A stretch of 64,000 nucleotides of DNA from Klebsiella phage HMGUkp2. The stretch is taken from the sequence record PV683292.1; one strand, 5' to 3'. Under the pieces are notes generated by a model, which ran no database searches, was not told where the DNA came from, and saw only the letters and a program-made list of their open reading frames with translations. The translations under genes were made by a program, and so were the position numbers. Shown here piece after piece: positions 1-8,635 of the stretch (its first letter is position 1; every line of letters starts with the position of its first letter).

Positions 1-65
1 TAGAATGCAAATGCGGCGTTGGCATTGCCGGTTGTAAAGGTGGCGTTACTGTCGTTTATGATTCG

Positions 66-248
66 ATGGAAGAAGTTCCTGAAGAATTAAAGCCTTACGC
101 TGAACCAGCTAAAGGTCTTGCTTTCAGAGATAATGATAGAGTTATTGAGTGGGAAGAACACGGTAAAGTTGGTCTTTCCTGTATGCGTGCCTTCGAGCAT
201 GCTGGTCTAACTAAAATTTGGAACAACAGATGCAACAAGATTACGTAA
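66..248 (+). CDS. hypothetical protein (ORF at window edge)
   Basis: 60-aa ORF; no recognisable motif; overlaps next ORF. Confidence 0.25.
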   Translation: MEEVPEELKPYAEPAKGLAFRDNDRVIEWEEHGKVGLSCMRAFEHAGLTKIWNNRCNKIT

Positions 249-481
249 TTTTTAATCCAGAATTCGGCTCATATGCCAAGTACGTTAACAACGAATACTG
301 GGTTGGGTGGGAATTCACAGATATCCTTGATGCCGACGGCTTTATCGATATAGCACGGGCCCAACAGCGAATTGACGGGCTTATTCTTCCGTCAGGCCGT
401 GTACTAATTGAAGCCTCTGAAGAACTTAAAGGGTGCGTTGTTCGTCGACGCTCAATCATGATTCACGTAGAGGATATCTAA
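218..481 (+). CDS. hypothetical protein
   Basis: 87-aa ORF, ATGA-type coupling to next gene. Confidence 0.3.
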   Translation: MEQQMQQDYVIFNPEFGSYAKYVNNEYWVGWEFTDILDADGFIDIARAQQRIDGLILPSGRVLIEASEELKGCVVRRRSIMIHVEDI

Positions 482-933
482 TGGATATTGGTTCAGGGTC
501 AAGTTATCCAAGTTGTGCTTTAAGCAACTTTGCTCCACATGCTTTTGAAATTGATGGTGTTAAATGTGCCTCAATGGAAGGCTTCTTACAGTCGTTGAAG
601 TTCAGCTCTCCTGAAATGGCTGCACACGTTTGTACATTAGTCGGTAAAGCGGCTAAGTTCAAAGGTAAAAAGAAGAAGTGGTGGCGTACGCAAACTCTGT
701 ACTGGAAAGGCGTCCCTATGCAACGCCAGAGTGAGGCCTATAAGCTTCTTATTGAACGGGCATATGATCAATTGGCTACTAATGAAGGATTCAAGAGAGC
801 TCTCCTGGCTACACAGAACGCTACATTAACCCACTCTATGGGACGTTCTAAAAAGAATGAAACGGTTCTAACTGAGCAAGAATTCTGTAGTAACCTTTAC
901 CGTGTACGTGAAATGCTTAAAGGCGAAAAATGA
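481..933 (+). CDS. NADAR (YbiA/DUF1768)-domain protein, putative ADP-ribosyl-guanine hydrolase
   Basis: Start ATG 481 with GAGGA RBS; motif LSNFaPhaFEiDGv..aSmEgFlQslKF ... EGFkrALLATqnAtLtHS matches NADAR family signature. Confidence 0.55.
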   Translation: MDIGSGSSYPSCALSNFAPHAFEIDGVKCASMEGFLQSLKFSSPEMAAHVCTLVGKAAKFKGKKKKWWRTQTLYWKGVPMQRQSEAYKLLIERAYDQLATNEGFKRALLATQNATLTHSMGRSKKNETVLTEQEFCSNLYRVREMLKGEK

Positions 934-1166
934 TAGAATTAATGAAAGACCGACACGGTGTTCCAGTTTTTGAAGGCGACTATATCTTATTTGGTGTAAA
1001 AACCTCTGGTATGGGTCAAGATGGTGAAATGCGTGTTGGCAAAGTAACAGGCAAAACAGGACACGGTATCGGTGTGGATTCTTATCCATATCGATTCAAG
1101 GTATCTCATAAAATTGTTAAAGTCGATCCACATTTTGCTTTAGCTTTTATAGAGTATACTAAATAA
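930..1166 (+). CDS. hypothetical protein
   Basis: 78-aa ORF coupled to upstream gene. Confidence 0.35.
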   Translation: MIELMKDRHGVPVFEGDYILFGVKTSGMGQDGEMRVGKVTGKTGHGIGVDSYPYRFKVSHKIVKVDPHFALAFIEYTK

Positions 1167-1176
1167 ACTTATTAAA

Positions 1177-1300
1177 TGTTCAGTGGTGAAATCGGTAGAC
1201 ACGACCGGAATAGCTTGATTGAACCCCCGATTGGTACTCGGGTGAGTAAAGCGGAAACCGGTGCTGACCAGGCGTGCAGGTTCAAGTCCTGCCTGAATAA
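1177..1300 (+). ncRNA. tRNA-like stable RNA (class-II-like acceptor/D/T arms with 48-nt insertion in anticodon loop; T4 species-1/2-like?)
   Basis: Acceptor TGTTCAG/CTGAATA, D stem GTG/CAC, anticodon stem ACCGG(1204-1208)/CCGGT(1257-1261) separated by 48 nt, 13-nt variable arm, canonical T arm GCAGG-TTCAAGT-CCTGC. Confidence 0.35.
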
Positions 1301-1301
1301 T

Positions 1302-1378
<77 letters not shown>

Positions 1379-1382
1379 TTTC

Positions 1383-1467
1383 GCATTGATGGTGGAACTG
1401 GAATACACAGGAGACTTAAAATCTCCAGCCGAAAGGATTGAGGGTTCGAATCCCTCTCGATGCACCA
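1383..1467 (+). tRNA. tRNA-Leu (anticodon UAA), class II
   Basis: Acceptor GCATTGA/TCGATGC, anticodon stem GGAGA/TCTCC loop CTTAAAA, 13-nt variable arm, T arm GAGGG-TTCGAAT-CCCTC, CCA. Confidence 0.75.
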
Positions 1468-1476
1468 AATTAAGAC

Positions 1477-1562
1477 CTGGGAATAGTTGCTTAAACTTAG
1501 TGAGGAATTCAACGGCAGATACGTCTGTGCAACTATATAAGGTTCGAATCCTTATTTCCCGT
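1477..1562 (+). ncRNA. tRNA-like element with canonical T arm, anticodon not assignable
   Basis: T arm TAAGG-TTCGAAT-CCTTA and acceptor-like CTGGGAA/TTTCCCG (one mismatch); D and anticodon arms do not fold cleanly. Confidence 0.3.
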
Positions 1563-1567
1563 CTTAT

Positions 1568-1643
1568 GCCGATTTAGCTCAGATGGTAGAGCGCTTCATT
1601 TGTAATGAAGATGTCGCGGGTTCGACTCCTGCAATCGGCACCA
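1568..1643 (+). tRNA. tRNA-Thr (anticodon UGU)
   Basis: Acceptor GCCGATT/AATCGGC, D stem GCTC/GAGC, anticodon stem CTTCA/TGAAG loop TTTGTAA, T arm GCGGG-TTCGACT-CCTGC, CCA. Confidence 0.75.
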
Positions 1644-1752
1644 AATTAAACTTTACACCACAGAATAAAGAACGACGTCCTAGAATTGCACTCGAAGACG
1701 TAAGGCTGGCGAATGACCTCTGGGTGCATCCAAGTCATCAGAGCCGAGAAGA

Positions 1753-1778
1753 AAGGGAGGCTTCGGTCTCCCTTTCGG
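1753..1778 (+). terminator. stem-loop after tRNA cluster (processing site or terminator)
   Basis: GGGAGGCTTCGGTCTCCC followed by TTTC. Confidence 0.3.
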
Positions 1779-1816
1779 GCATAAATAGGATAAACAACTT
1801 AATAAGGGAACCTCTG

Positions 1817-2404
1817 ATGTTAAAATTTAAAGATATTCTCGCAGAATCTAGCGAACGCATGACCAAAGCTAAATGGCAAGCCGCCATGGATATGGTTCCT
1901 AAAGATCAGCGAAACGACTTTATGAAGTTTGCAGCTTCAGTAGAAAAGATCTACGGTATCAGTACTAATACGCCGAAAGATTATGCCAAGGTTCAGGCCG
2001 CATTTAAAACTTTAACCGGGAAGAAAAAGGTAGCTCCTCCTAAAGCCTCCGGGACTAAAGTTGAAGCACCCAAACCTACGCAGATGGCAAAACCTGTTGA
2101 AGCACAAAAGCCTGTTAAAGAACCTGTTAAACCCAGTGTTAAATTCGATACTTCAAGCATTACCAAGAAATACAATCAGATTCTAAGCTTGCTTAGTGAT
2201 ATCCAACGCGAATCAGGCCAGATTAAGAAAGATTTCGCTAAAATTCGTAACGGCCGACAGATTAATAACTTAGACGATCCAGAACTTTACGCTTTGTATG
2301 TATCTGTTGAAAACGTCGGGTATGTTGCTGATATTGTTAAGCTTGTGGACTCTCGCCTGTTCTCTATCAAGAACCTGGCTAAAAATGCTGCAGCAGTAAA
2401 ATAA
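1817..2404 (+). CDS. hypothetical protein with Lys/Pro/Ala-rich low-complexity linker
   Basis: ATG 1817 after AAGGGAA RBS (track ORF 1583 begins inside tRNA-Thr); 195 aa; central KPVEAQKPVKEPVKPSVK repeats. Confidence 0.5.
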   Translation: MLKFKDILAESSERMTKAKWQAAMDMVPKDQRNDFMKFAASVEKIYGISTNTPKDYAKVQAAFKTLTGKKKVAPPKASGTKVEAPKPTQMAKPVEAQKPVKEPVKPSVKFDTSSITKKYNQILSLLSDIQRESGQIKKDFAKIRNGRQINNLDDPELYALYVSVENVGYVADIVKLVDSRLFSIKNLAKNAAAVK

Positions 2405-2433
2405 TATATGGGGACCTTGGTCCCCATTAGGGG

Positions 2434-2493
2434 GTTTACACACCCAAAAGAACGTGTTAGTATGTTTGTACACTAACAAATGAGGATCTGTGT
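2434..2493 (+). promoter_or_regulatory. early promoter-stem-loop cassette (PeSL-like) a
   Basis: GGGGACCTTGGTCCCC hairpin, then GTTTACA(-35) ... GTTAGTAT(-10); near-duplicate of cassette at 18019. Confidence 0.55.
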
Positions 2494-2688
2494 GTGAAAC
2501 TTTTTAAAGATCTTAAAGATGGCGAGACGTTTGTATTACCTAACGGGCAGCAGCTGATTCGTGTCACAGAATCAAACATCTATAATGCTGTAGATACTGT
2601 TGATTCTTCTAAAGGCTTTTTTATTGCTGATAACGATGAAACGTATACTGTTGATGAATTCTGGGCCGACTCCGAGGAAGTGGAATGA
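2494..2688 (+). CDS. hypothetical protein
   Basis: GTG start with GAGGA RBS; 64 aa. Confidence 0.4.
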   Translation: MKLFKDLKDGETFVLPNGQQLIRVTESNIYNAVDTVDSSKGFFIADNDETYTVDEFWADSEEVE

Positions 2689-2927
2689 AAATTACTAAAA
2701 CTTTCGAAACTGATTCTGAACGCGAAATCCCATTAGGATGCTGTTTGATTCACTGGAAAGAAGGTGGGCGCTCTGAGGCGGTGATTGGTCAATTAGAAGA
2801 TGGTTCTAGATACTTTGCTTGTGCAAACTGGACTGCACAACATGAAACTCGTCATGAATTGATAGGTCTTATTAAGTACAATTCAGACGAAATCGATCGA
2901 ATTGAATTTATCAAGGTGAAATCATGA
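2685..2927 (+). CDS. hypothetical protein
   Basis: 80 aa, ATGA coupling. Confidence 0.45.
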   Translation: MKITKTFETDSEREIPLGCCLIHWKEGGRSEAVIGQLEDGSRYFACANWTAQHETRHELIGLIKYNSDEIDRIEFIKVKS

Positions 2928-3226
2928 GACGTAATATTACTGCCGGATACCCGGCATCTCTCTTCGAGAGTCAAGATTTTATAGAGTTTAATGAAGTAAC
3001 TGAATTTCTACCAGCTTCTTGGGTCCTGCAATACGCTGACCTGATTGTAAGAAACTGTTCAGAACCATTATACCAAAGCGCCTGGAAAGCATGTATGGAA
3101 GGCTTCCGTGCTGGCGCCGCTTCATGGGAAGATGAAGACGGGTACAGCGATGCTCTGTTTGATGTTTACGTAGATGAAGCAATAACGGAAGCTCTTGAAG
3201 AATTTATCTACAAAAATGTGAAATAA
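2924..3226 (+). CDS. hypothetical protein
   Basis: 100 aa, ATGA coupling. Confidence 0.45.
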   Translation: MRRNITAGYPASLFESQDFIEFNEVTEFLPASWVLQYADLIVRNCSEPLYQSAWKACMEGFRAGAASWEDEDGYSDALFDVYVDEAITEALEEFIYKNVK

Positions 3227-3229
3227 AGT

Positions 3230-3287
3230 GTTTACTTTTCTAGAGGGTGTGTTACTATAGACACATCACACAATTGAGGAAAACATA
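3230..3287 (+). promoter_or_regulatory. early promoter cassette b
   Basis: GTTTAC ... TGTTACTATAG ... GAGGAAAACATAATG. Confidence 0.5.
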
Positions 3288-3524
3288 ATGCATTATCCTG
3301 ATAAAGCTAAAGTAATAGCGCAAAAGTATTTTAAATCTTTCGGCGGTCTGTTTGGCAAAACACCTAATTTCCCGACAGGCGAAGAGCGTTTGTCAGCTTT
3401 ACGTTCATTAGAAAATATCATTTTGTCTACCATGCAAACCTATGGCGGCGATCCGGCGTTGTCTCGTATTATTGAAACAGCTGCTATAGATTTCATGGAA
3501 GAAGTTATCGAAACTTATAAGTAG
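3288..3524 (+). CDS. hypothetical protein
   Basis: 78 aa. Confidence 0.45.
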   Translation: MHYPDKAKVIAQKYFKSFGGLFGKTPNFPTGEERLSALRSLENIILSTMQTYGGDPALSRIIETAAIDFMEEVIETYK

Positions 3525-3605
3525 TTTACAATGTGTAGGAGACGTGTTATGATCTCCTACACAAACGGGATAATTTAATTTTTTACACACTGAAAGGAAA
3601 ATACA
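3524..3605 (+). promoter_or_regulatory. early promoter-stem-loop cassette c
   Basis: TAGTTTACA then inverted repeat GTGTAGGAGA...TCTCCTACAC flanking GTGTTATGA (-10). Confidence 0.6.
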
Positions 3606-4199
3606 ATGGCTATTCTGAAAAAACTGGTTGCATTCATCCGTGCTAAACTGGGTACCTTCGTTGCTAAAAATACTACTATCGAAGACCAGTATACTGAAGC
3701 GGCGAACATCCTGATTGACAAAATCACTCAGCTTCGTGTTTCTCATGTTAAATCTGTTAACGAAGAGAAACGTATCTTGGCTCTGGCCATCGAAAAAGAC
3801 AAACTGGCCGAATCTAAAGAAAAAGAAATTCGTCGTCTTCTCGCCGAAAACATGAACGTGGAAACCCACGCTAAATTGGGTCTTCTGTATCGTCGAACTG
3901 CTGCGGCCCTGCGTGAAAAAGCGGCCGGCTATGCAGCCATGCGTGAAGAAATCGAACGTAAAGTAGTTGAGCTGGATGACGCGCGTCTGGATCTGGCTGT
4001 TAAGCTCGAATACATCCGTGAAACTCGTTCCGCTGCTGATCTGGGTATTAGCTCTGCCGACGATGTGATCGAACTGGCTTCTCTGGCTAAAGTATCTGTG
4101 GACGATATCACTATGAAGGTTGAAACCTTTAACGGTGCTGAACCTGGTACTACCACCACAACTGCAGATGTTCAGGAATACCTGGCTTCTCTGAAGTAA
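3606..4199 (+). CDS. coiled-coil protein, PspA/IM30-like pattern; strongly biased (high-expression-type) codon usage
   Basis: 197 aa; heptad-rich; near-exclusive CTG/CGT/GAA/AAA codons unlike neighbours. Confidence 0.55.
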   Translation: MAILKKLVAFIRAKLGTFVAKNTTIEDQYTEAANILIDKITQLRVSHVKSVNEEKRILALAIEKDKLAESKEKEIRRLLAENMNVETHAKLGLLYRRTAAALREKAAGYAAMREEIERKVVELDDARLDLAVKLEYIRETRSAADLGISSADDVIELASLAKVSVDDITMKVETFNGAEPGTTTTTADVQEYLASLK

Positions 4200-4203
4200 T
4201 ATA

Positions 4204-4230
4204 AAGAGAGGGCTTCGGCCCTCTCGTTGG
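4204..4230 (+). terminator. hairpin after 3606..4199
   Basis: AGAGGGCTTCGGCCCTCT, weak U tract. Confidence 0.35.
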
Positions 4231-4249
4231 GATAACAGAGGATAATACT

Positions 4250-4819
4250 ATGTCTAAAAGATTACAAATTGAAGCACTGCGTGAAAAAGGTATCCCTGAA
4301 AAAGCTATCGAGCTTTTGATGCCGTATATGCAAGATCGTTGCTCTGAAAATAATTTTTTGCAGACTCGTGGCAGTCACAACAACAAAAGGTATCCGCCTG
4401 CTATTATGCTGGCCAATACTAAGTTTATCAAAGAAATCGTGCTAGAATTCAGCCGTCGCTATAACGGCGCTCGTATTGAAGGTATCTACCAACTTGAGTA
4501 CAGCATCTACGCGTACAATGATGATAATGAGCATTGGCTCTCTTATGCAAGAGATAAGGCAAAGTTTTTATCTAAAAACGAGGACCTTTTTGCTTTTGTC
4601 CTAGAGTTTATGATTGAAGGTAAAATTTACACGGTTTCTTTACTTTGCAATCCTAATTATACTAATATGCCTGGTCAAGGGTACTATAGTGAACGGCGTA
4701 CTTATCTTAGAACCGTGTTGTCGCCAGAGATCTATGAGTTCAGCCAGAACCCTGGGCTAGCAAAGCAGATCGTTGTAGAAGAGTTTATCAAACATTGTCG
4801 TGAGGCAGTAAATGGCTAG
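4250..4819 (+). CDS. hypothetical protein
   Basis: 189 aa. Confidence 0.45.
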   Translation: MSKRLQIEALREKGIPEKAIELLMPYMQDRCSENNFLQTRGSHNNKRYPPAIMLANTKFIKEIVLEFSRRYNGARIEGIYQLEYSIYAYNDDNEHWLSYARDKAKFLSKNEDLFAFVLEFMIEGKIYTVSLLCNPNYTNMPGQGYYSERRTYLRTVLSPEIYEFSQNPGLAKQIVVEEFIKHCREAVNG

Positions 4820-5177
4820 ATACTATCGCAATAAACCTATTGACTGGGGTTATACTAAGGTAATTACAGACAAGTTCTTGTTTATATTGATAGGACTTAC
4901 TATAGGTCTGTGTGCTATGGTATTTTATCCGGCATTCATGATTAATGAAATGGGTGCCGAGATGTCTGTACTATCAATTTTGATCATGATAGTAACTGGG
5001 TTTTCTTTCGGATTTCCTATTATGGCTATTCCGTATATCATTAACGGCTGTGCTAAATTAAAACATATGTATAATTACCGAAAAGAAGTAAAAGAGTGGG
5101 AAAAAGAAAATGCAGAACAACGCCTTCTTGATTCCAGAGATGAAACATTAGCTTTCTTGAAAGAGATCAGAAAATGA
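4812..5177 (+). CDS. hypothetical membrane protein
   Basis: 121 aa, two hydrophobic segments. Confidence 0.45.
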   Translation: MARYYRNKPIDWGYTKVITDKFLFILIGLTIGLCAMVFYPAFMINEMGAEMSVLSILIMIVTGFSFGFPIMAIPYIINGCAKLKHMYNYRKEVKEWEKENAEQRLLDSRDETLAFLKEIRK

Positions 5178-5476
5178 GCAAATATACTTTTGAAGTAGAA
5201 GTTCCTGAATACAATGATTATAAATCAGCACGAGAAGCTATTAAGGCCGTCATGGGCCTGACTGAACAGATCGAAGCTGAAGCAGAAGCTATCGCTGACG
5301 AAATGGGTGTATCATTTAGTACAGGTGAATATGGTAACGGCCGCACGTATTACCCTAAAGGTACTAGTGCTGAAGACTATGGCCTTGAATACTATTGCCA
5401 GTGCTATGATGTAGACCTTGACGAAAACGGTAAAATTGTTGAAGGCGCTTGGGTATCATCTAGCGAGATGTGCTAA
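5174..5476 (+). CDS. small paralog family member 1 (C-terminal GAWVSSSEMC)
   Basis: 100 aa; C-terminal W-x-SSS-xx-C motif shared with four neighbours. Confidence 0.5.
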   Translation: MSKYTFEVEVPEYNDYKSAREAIKAVMGLTEQIEAEAEAIADEMGVSFSTGEYGNGRTYYPKGTSAEDYGLEYYCQCYDVDLDENGKIVEGAWVSSSEMC

Positions 5477-5751
5477 TGAAACGAAATCCTAAAGAAGAAA
5501 TGGCTAAAGCGGTTGAAGCTATTAATGAGGCAATTCGGCATGCTAAAGTTGTAGCGGATCGCTATAGTACTGAATTTTCTATTAGACCTGCTTACGGTAT
5601 GGGCGGTACGTATTATTCACCAGGGTTCTTGAAGAAAGAACTTGAGCAGTACACTGAACAAGGTAATCCTTCATGGGCTACCGTTAATCAACATGAGTAC
5701 TACACGAGCCTTGAAACAGGTGGTTGGGTCTCTTCATCTATGGAATGTTAA
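5470..5751 (+). CDS. small paralog family member 2 (GGWVSSSMEC)
   Basis: 93 aa; same motif. Confidence 0.5.
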   Translation: MLMKRNPKEEMAKAVEAINEAIRHAKVVADRYSTEFSIRPAYGMGGTYYSPGFLKKELEQYTEQGNPSWATVNQHEYYTSLETGGWVSSSMEC

Positions 5752-5752
5752 A

Positions 5753-5977
5753 ATGAGTACTATAACCGAATTAGAAGCAGCAGCAAAAGAACTGGCTATC
5801 CTGTATAATAAAGTTTCTAAAATGGCTAGTGAACAGAACTTTGGTATTGAATTTGACGCCTACGAAGGTTCTATTCGTTTCGAAGATTGGCTGAACAGCT
5901 CTTGCTACGGTGAAGAAGCTGGCCGTGAATTTAACGTAGAAGCGGATGGCCGTATTTGGCATCCTAGCTCTTGTTAA
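5753..5977 (+). CDS. small paralog family member 3 (GRIWHPSSC)
   Basis: ATG 5753 abutting upstream stop; 74 aa; motif variant. Confidence 0.45.
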   Translation: MSTITELEAAAKELAILYNKVSKMASEQNFGIEFDAYEGSIRFEDWLNSSCYGEEAGREFNVEADGRIWHPSSC

Positions 5978-5986
5978 GGAACTGGA

Positions 5987-6223
5987 ATGATTAAAGCAGA
6001 ATTTAAGCTTGAGACAGTTCGAGATGTTGAACAGGCCATTTCTAAACTGATCTCTGAAGGTGAAGCTATGGCAGAAGCAACCGGTGAGCATTTCTGTGCT
6101 GGTAATGAAGAGTATATCCCTGCAACCTCTGAAGAATGGGAAAGCTATAAGTGGATTCGTGAAGATAACTATCTGCCTCACGATAAAGGCTTCTGGTATT
6201 CAAGTTCTATGCAGAGCTGCTAG
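5987..6223 (+). CDS. small paralog family member 4 (GFWYSSSMQSC)
   Basis: 78 aa. Confidence 0.5.
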   Translation: MIKAEFKLETVRDVEQAISKLISEGEAMAEATGEHFCAGNEEYIPATSEEWESYKWIREDNYLPHDKGFWYSSSMQSC

Positions 6224-6271
6224 TTTACATTATCCTAGGGCCATGTTATAGTGGCCCTTACAGGAGGAGTT
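6223..6271 (+). promoter_or_regulatory. early promoter-stem-loop cassette d
   Basis: TAGTTTACA, inverted repeat TAGGGCCA...TGGCCCTTA around GTTATAGT. Confidence 0.55.
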
Positions 6272-6559
6272 ATGAGTATTTTCGTTAAAGATTGTTATTT
6301 GCATTACCAAAATGAACATGGCTTCGAAAGCACTTGTTCTGTAGCGTATTTGCATATGCTGTACACCCAGTACACTGTTCGTGAAAAGGTAAAAGCAGCC
6401 GCATATCTTTATGAAAAGCTTATCCAAGAATTAGATGGATTCACTTTTCCAAACGCTAAATTTATTGACGGCGAATGGGTTGTAGAAAACAATCAAAAAA
6501 TTACTGAAGCGGAAATTAATAGCTTCATCAAATACTGTAGAGGTAAACATGTCTCGTGA
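6272..6559 (+). CDS. hypothetical protein
   Basis: ATG 6272 after AGGAGG; 95 aa. Confidence 0.45.
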   Translation: MSIFVKDCYLHYQNEHGFESTCSVAYLHMLYTQYTVREKVKAAAYLYEKLIQELDGFTFPNAKFIDGEWVVENNQKITEAEINSFIKYCRGKHVS

Positions 6560-6746
6560 ATTAGATTGTGCCGTACGTACGGCTAAAGCTGCTCTGGAGA
6601 ACCTGTTCCAGCTTTGTGCAGAAGAAAATGAAAATGTCGATATCTACTTCGACGACCGAAGTGGCCTGAATATTCATAGCGCTGTTCAAGTAGGCTACAA
6701 TAATATTTCAATCCTTGGCTGGCAGAGTAGCTCACTTGACTGTTGA
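6549..6746 (+). CDS. small paralog family member 5 (LGWQSSSLDC)
   Basis: 65 aa. Confidence 0.45.
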   Translation: MSRELDCAVRTAKAALENLFQLCAEENENVDIYFDDRSGLNIHSAVQVGYNNISILGWQSSSLDC

Positions 6747-7095
6747 TTACTGTATCGAAACTCAAACCCCGTTCCATAAGAACGGGTACATCCATTGGTG
6801 GGAAAGAGATAAGCACCACAATCTATGTCTGAATCTGTTCAATTGGGCCGGAGAGATTTCAAGAGCCTTAGAACATATGTCTATAGGTCGTAAACTACTA
6901 TATGATATGTATGACCAGTATCCTATACGACGTGGTACATCTCTTCCTGTTCTAATCTACGACTTTGAAGAACAGCGCTGGAAAGAGCCTCCTTCAGAGC
7001 ATGAAATGTTTTTAGCTTTATGCCGTAAAAGAGTTTACAACCGTCTTAAAAATCAGTATAATGCTCCTATAAATCAACTGAGGAAAATATTATGA
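6715..7095 (+). CDS. hypothetical protein
   Basis: 126 aa; start uncertain (overlaps upstream by 32 nt). Confidence 0.35.
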   Translation: MAGRVAHLTVDYCIETQTPFHKNGYIHWWERDKHHNLCLNLFNWAGEISRALEHMSIGRKLLYDMYDQYPIRRGTSLPVLIYDFEEQRWKEPPSEHEMFLALCRKRVYNRLKNQYNAPINQLRKIL

Positions 7096-8054
7096 TGTTA
7101 GTTATCGGTTCTCGCGCTCTTGAACACCACGGCCTGATCTCTTATGACGATATTAAAAACTCAGACTGGGACTTCATCGCAGATCAAGGTTCTTGGAATG
7201 CCTTTAAGGCCCAAATGCTAGGTACTGAAGTAGCAGTCAATAATCCTGATGTACGTGCATTCAAATGCATGCATAATGGACGTGAAACTCACTTTGAAGC
7301 ATATATCGTTCCTTCTATTACTCGAATCCGACAGGAAGTTAATAAACTTCTTCCTGAAGATTTTACTTCAAACTTTGAGCTCTTGCGCTATTCTGAAGAG
7401 TTCCTCACAAAGGATAACATCTCTGGATTCCACTGGGCTACACCCGAGATTTGTTTGGCCATCAAAATGAGTCATCGTTTCAAAAAGAATAACCCATTCT
7501 TCCGTAAAACGATGCATCATATTCGCTTCTTGCGTAATAAAGGGGTTAAACTCTCTCCGGTTATGGAAGAGATTATGCTCCTTCGCCAGAAAGAAACGTT
7601 GAACTACAACCATCCTAAACTGGATGTGAATAAATCGACGTTCTTTAATGATACCATTTACACGTTTGACCATGACAGCATCCACCGCGCTGTAGCTCTG
7701 GCGGACCGTCCTGCTTATACTTTCTATATGAAAGACGGCTCTGAAGTCATGACTTCTCGCGAGAAGTTTGAAGCACTGCCTGAAGCTATTAAACTGGCTG
7801 GCGTTTACGAAGAAACCTGCGTCTTGGCTCTAGAGCGTTCCCAGATCCCGAATAACTTTCGGAATGTAAGTTCTGAGCATAGCTTTATGATGGCGCTTGA
7901 GAAAGTATGTACATCTATTACTTCAGGCTGGTTCCGTGAATACGCTTGGGAAAACTACCATAAAGTAGTCCACATGTACAAAACTCTAGGCGTGAATGAT
8001 TACATTGATCGTTTCCACAAAAACGAACATATGATTAAGCCGTTTCAAAAATGA
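7092..8054 (+). CDS. hypothetical protein (320 aa)
   Basis: Long uninterrupted ORF, ATGA coupling; no motif recognised. Confidence 0.5.
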   Translation: MMLVIGSRALEHHGLISYDDIKNSDWDFIADQGSWNAFKAQMLGTEVAVNNPDVRAFKCMHNGRETHFEAYIVPSITRIRQEVNKLLPEDFTSNFELLRYSEEFLTKDNISGFHWATPEICLAIKMSHRFKKNNPFFRKTMHHIRFLRNKGVKLSPVMEEIMLLRQKETLNYNHPKLDVNKSTFFNDTIYTFDHDSIHRAVALADRPAYTFYMKDGSEVMTSREKFEALPEAIKLAGVYEETCVLALERSQIPNNFRNVSSEHSFMMALEKVCTSITSGWFREYAWENYHKVVHMYKTLGVNDYIDRFHKNEHMIKPFQK

Positions 8055-8187
8055 AGCCTAAGCCGTTTACAGAAAAGACCTGTCCTAAATGTGGACGGGT
8101 CATTAGAATCAAGTACGGTAGCAACAACTACTTTGTAGAGCATGTTCGCTATTGCCAAGCCAATAAAATTTTATAGCAGGGCCCAAG

Positions 8188-8574
8188 ATGATTACTAAAG
8201 CATTGTATTTGTACTGGACTAATAGCAGTTGTATATGGAAATCTGAAAAGTTCTTTTTCTACCTATTAGTTATGGCGTTTACTTCAGTAGGCTTTGGTGT
8301 TTTAACATTTAACGGACTTATTATTTTTACAGCATTATTATTGCCACAGATTTGGTTTATTAGCCTTTGTGTAGTAGCATGCACTGTTGTTTACTGGGTA
8401 CTACGCTGGTGCCATCATCTTAAATTGGAAGCTAGGGGTAAAATGACCAGTAGAGGCGTAAGGCTTGATAAGGAAGAACGCAAGATGCGTAAGAAAGAGC
8501 TAGAGCTCAAAGAACGTGAACTAGCTATTAGAGAACGTGAACTTGCGTTGAATTTTGCAAAAGAGCTTAGATAA
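8188..8574 (+). CDS. membrane protein with C-terminal charged coiled coil
   Basis: Two TM-like segments then KEERKMRKKELELKERELAIRERELAL. Confidence 0.45.
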   Translation: MITKALYLYWTNSSCIWKSEKFFFYLLVMAFTSVGFGVLTFNGLIIFTALLLPQIWFISLCVVACTVVYWVLRWCHHLKLEARGKMTSRGVRLDKEERKMRKKELELKERELAIRERELALNFAKELR

Positions 8575-8576
8575 GT

Positions 8577-8635
8577 GTTTACAACGGTGTAGGATCATGG
8601 TACTATACTCTTACACAATCTGAGAGGAAAATATT
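8577..8635 (+). promoter_or_regulatory. early promoter-stem-loop cassette e
   Basis: GTTTACAACGGTGTAGGATCATGGTACTATACTCTTACAC ... GAGAGGAAAATATTATG. Confidence 0.55.

Noticed and set aside
1204-1261. Idea that the 48-nt insert in the tRNA-like RNA is a bona fide tRNA intron
   Set aside because: Too short for group I; no bulge-helix-bulge; no anticodon-loop consensus (U33) recoverable. Kept as tRNA-like stable RNA rather than claiming an intron.
1583-1816. 5' extension of track ORF 1583..2404
   Set aside because: Would be translated through tRNA-Thr and a hairpin; real start is more plausibly ATG 1817 behind an AAGGGAA RBS.
3408-3869. 153-aa minus-strand ORF
   Set aside because: Lies antisense across the strongly codon-biased + strand gene 3606..4199 and the cassette upstream; no RBS or promoter; typical shadow ORF.
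5771-6181. 136-aa minus-strand ORF
   Set aside because: Antisense to three tandem + strand paralog genes that have coupled starts; no RBS.
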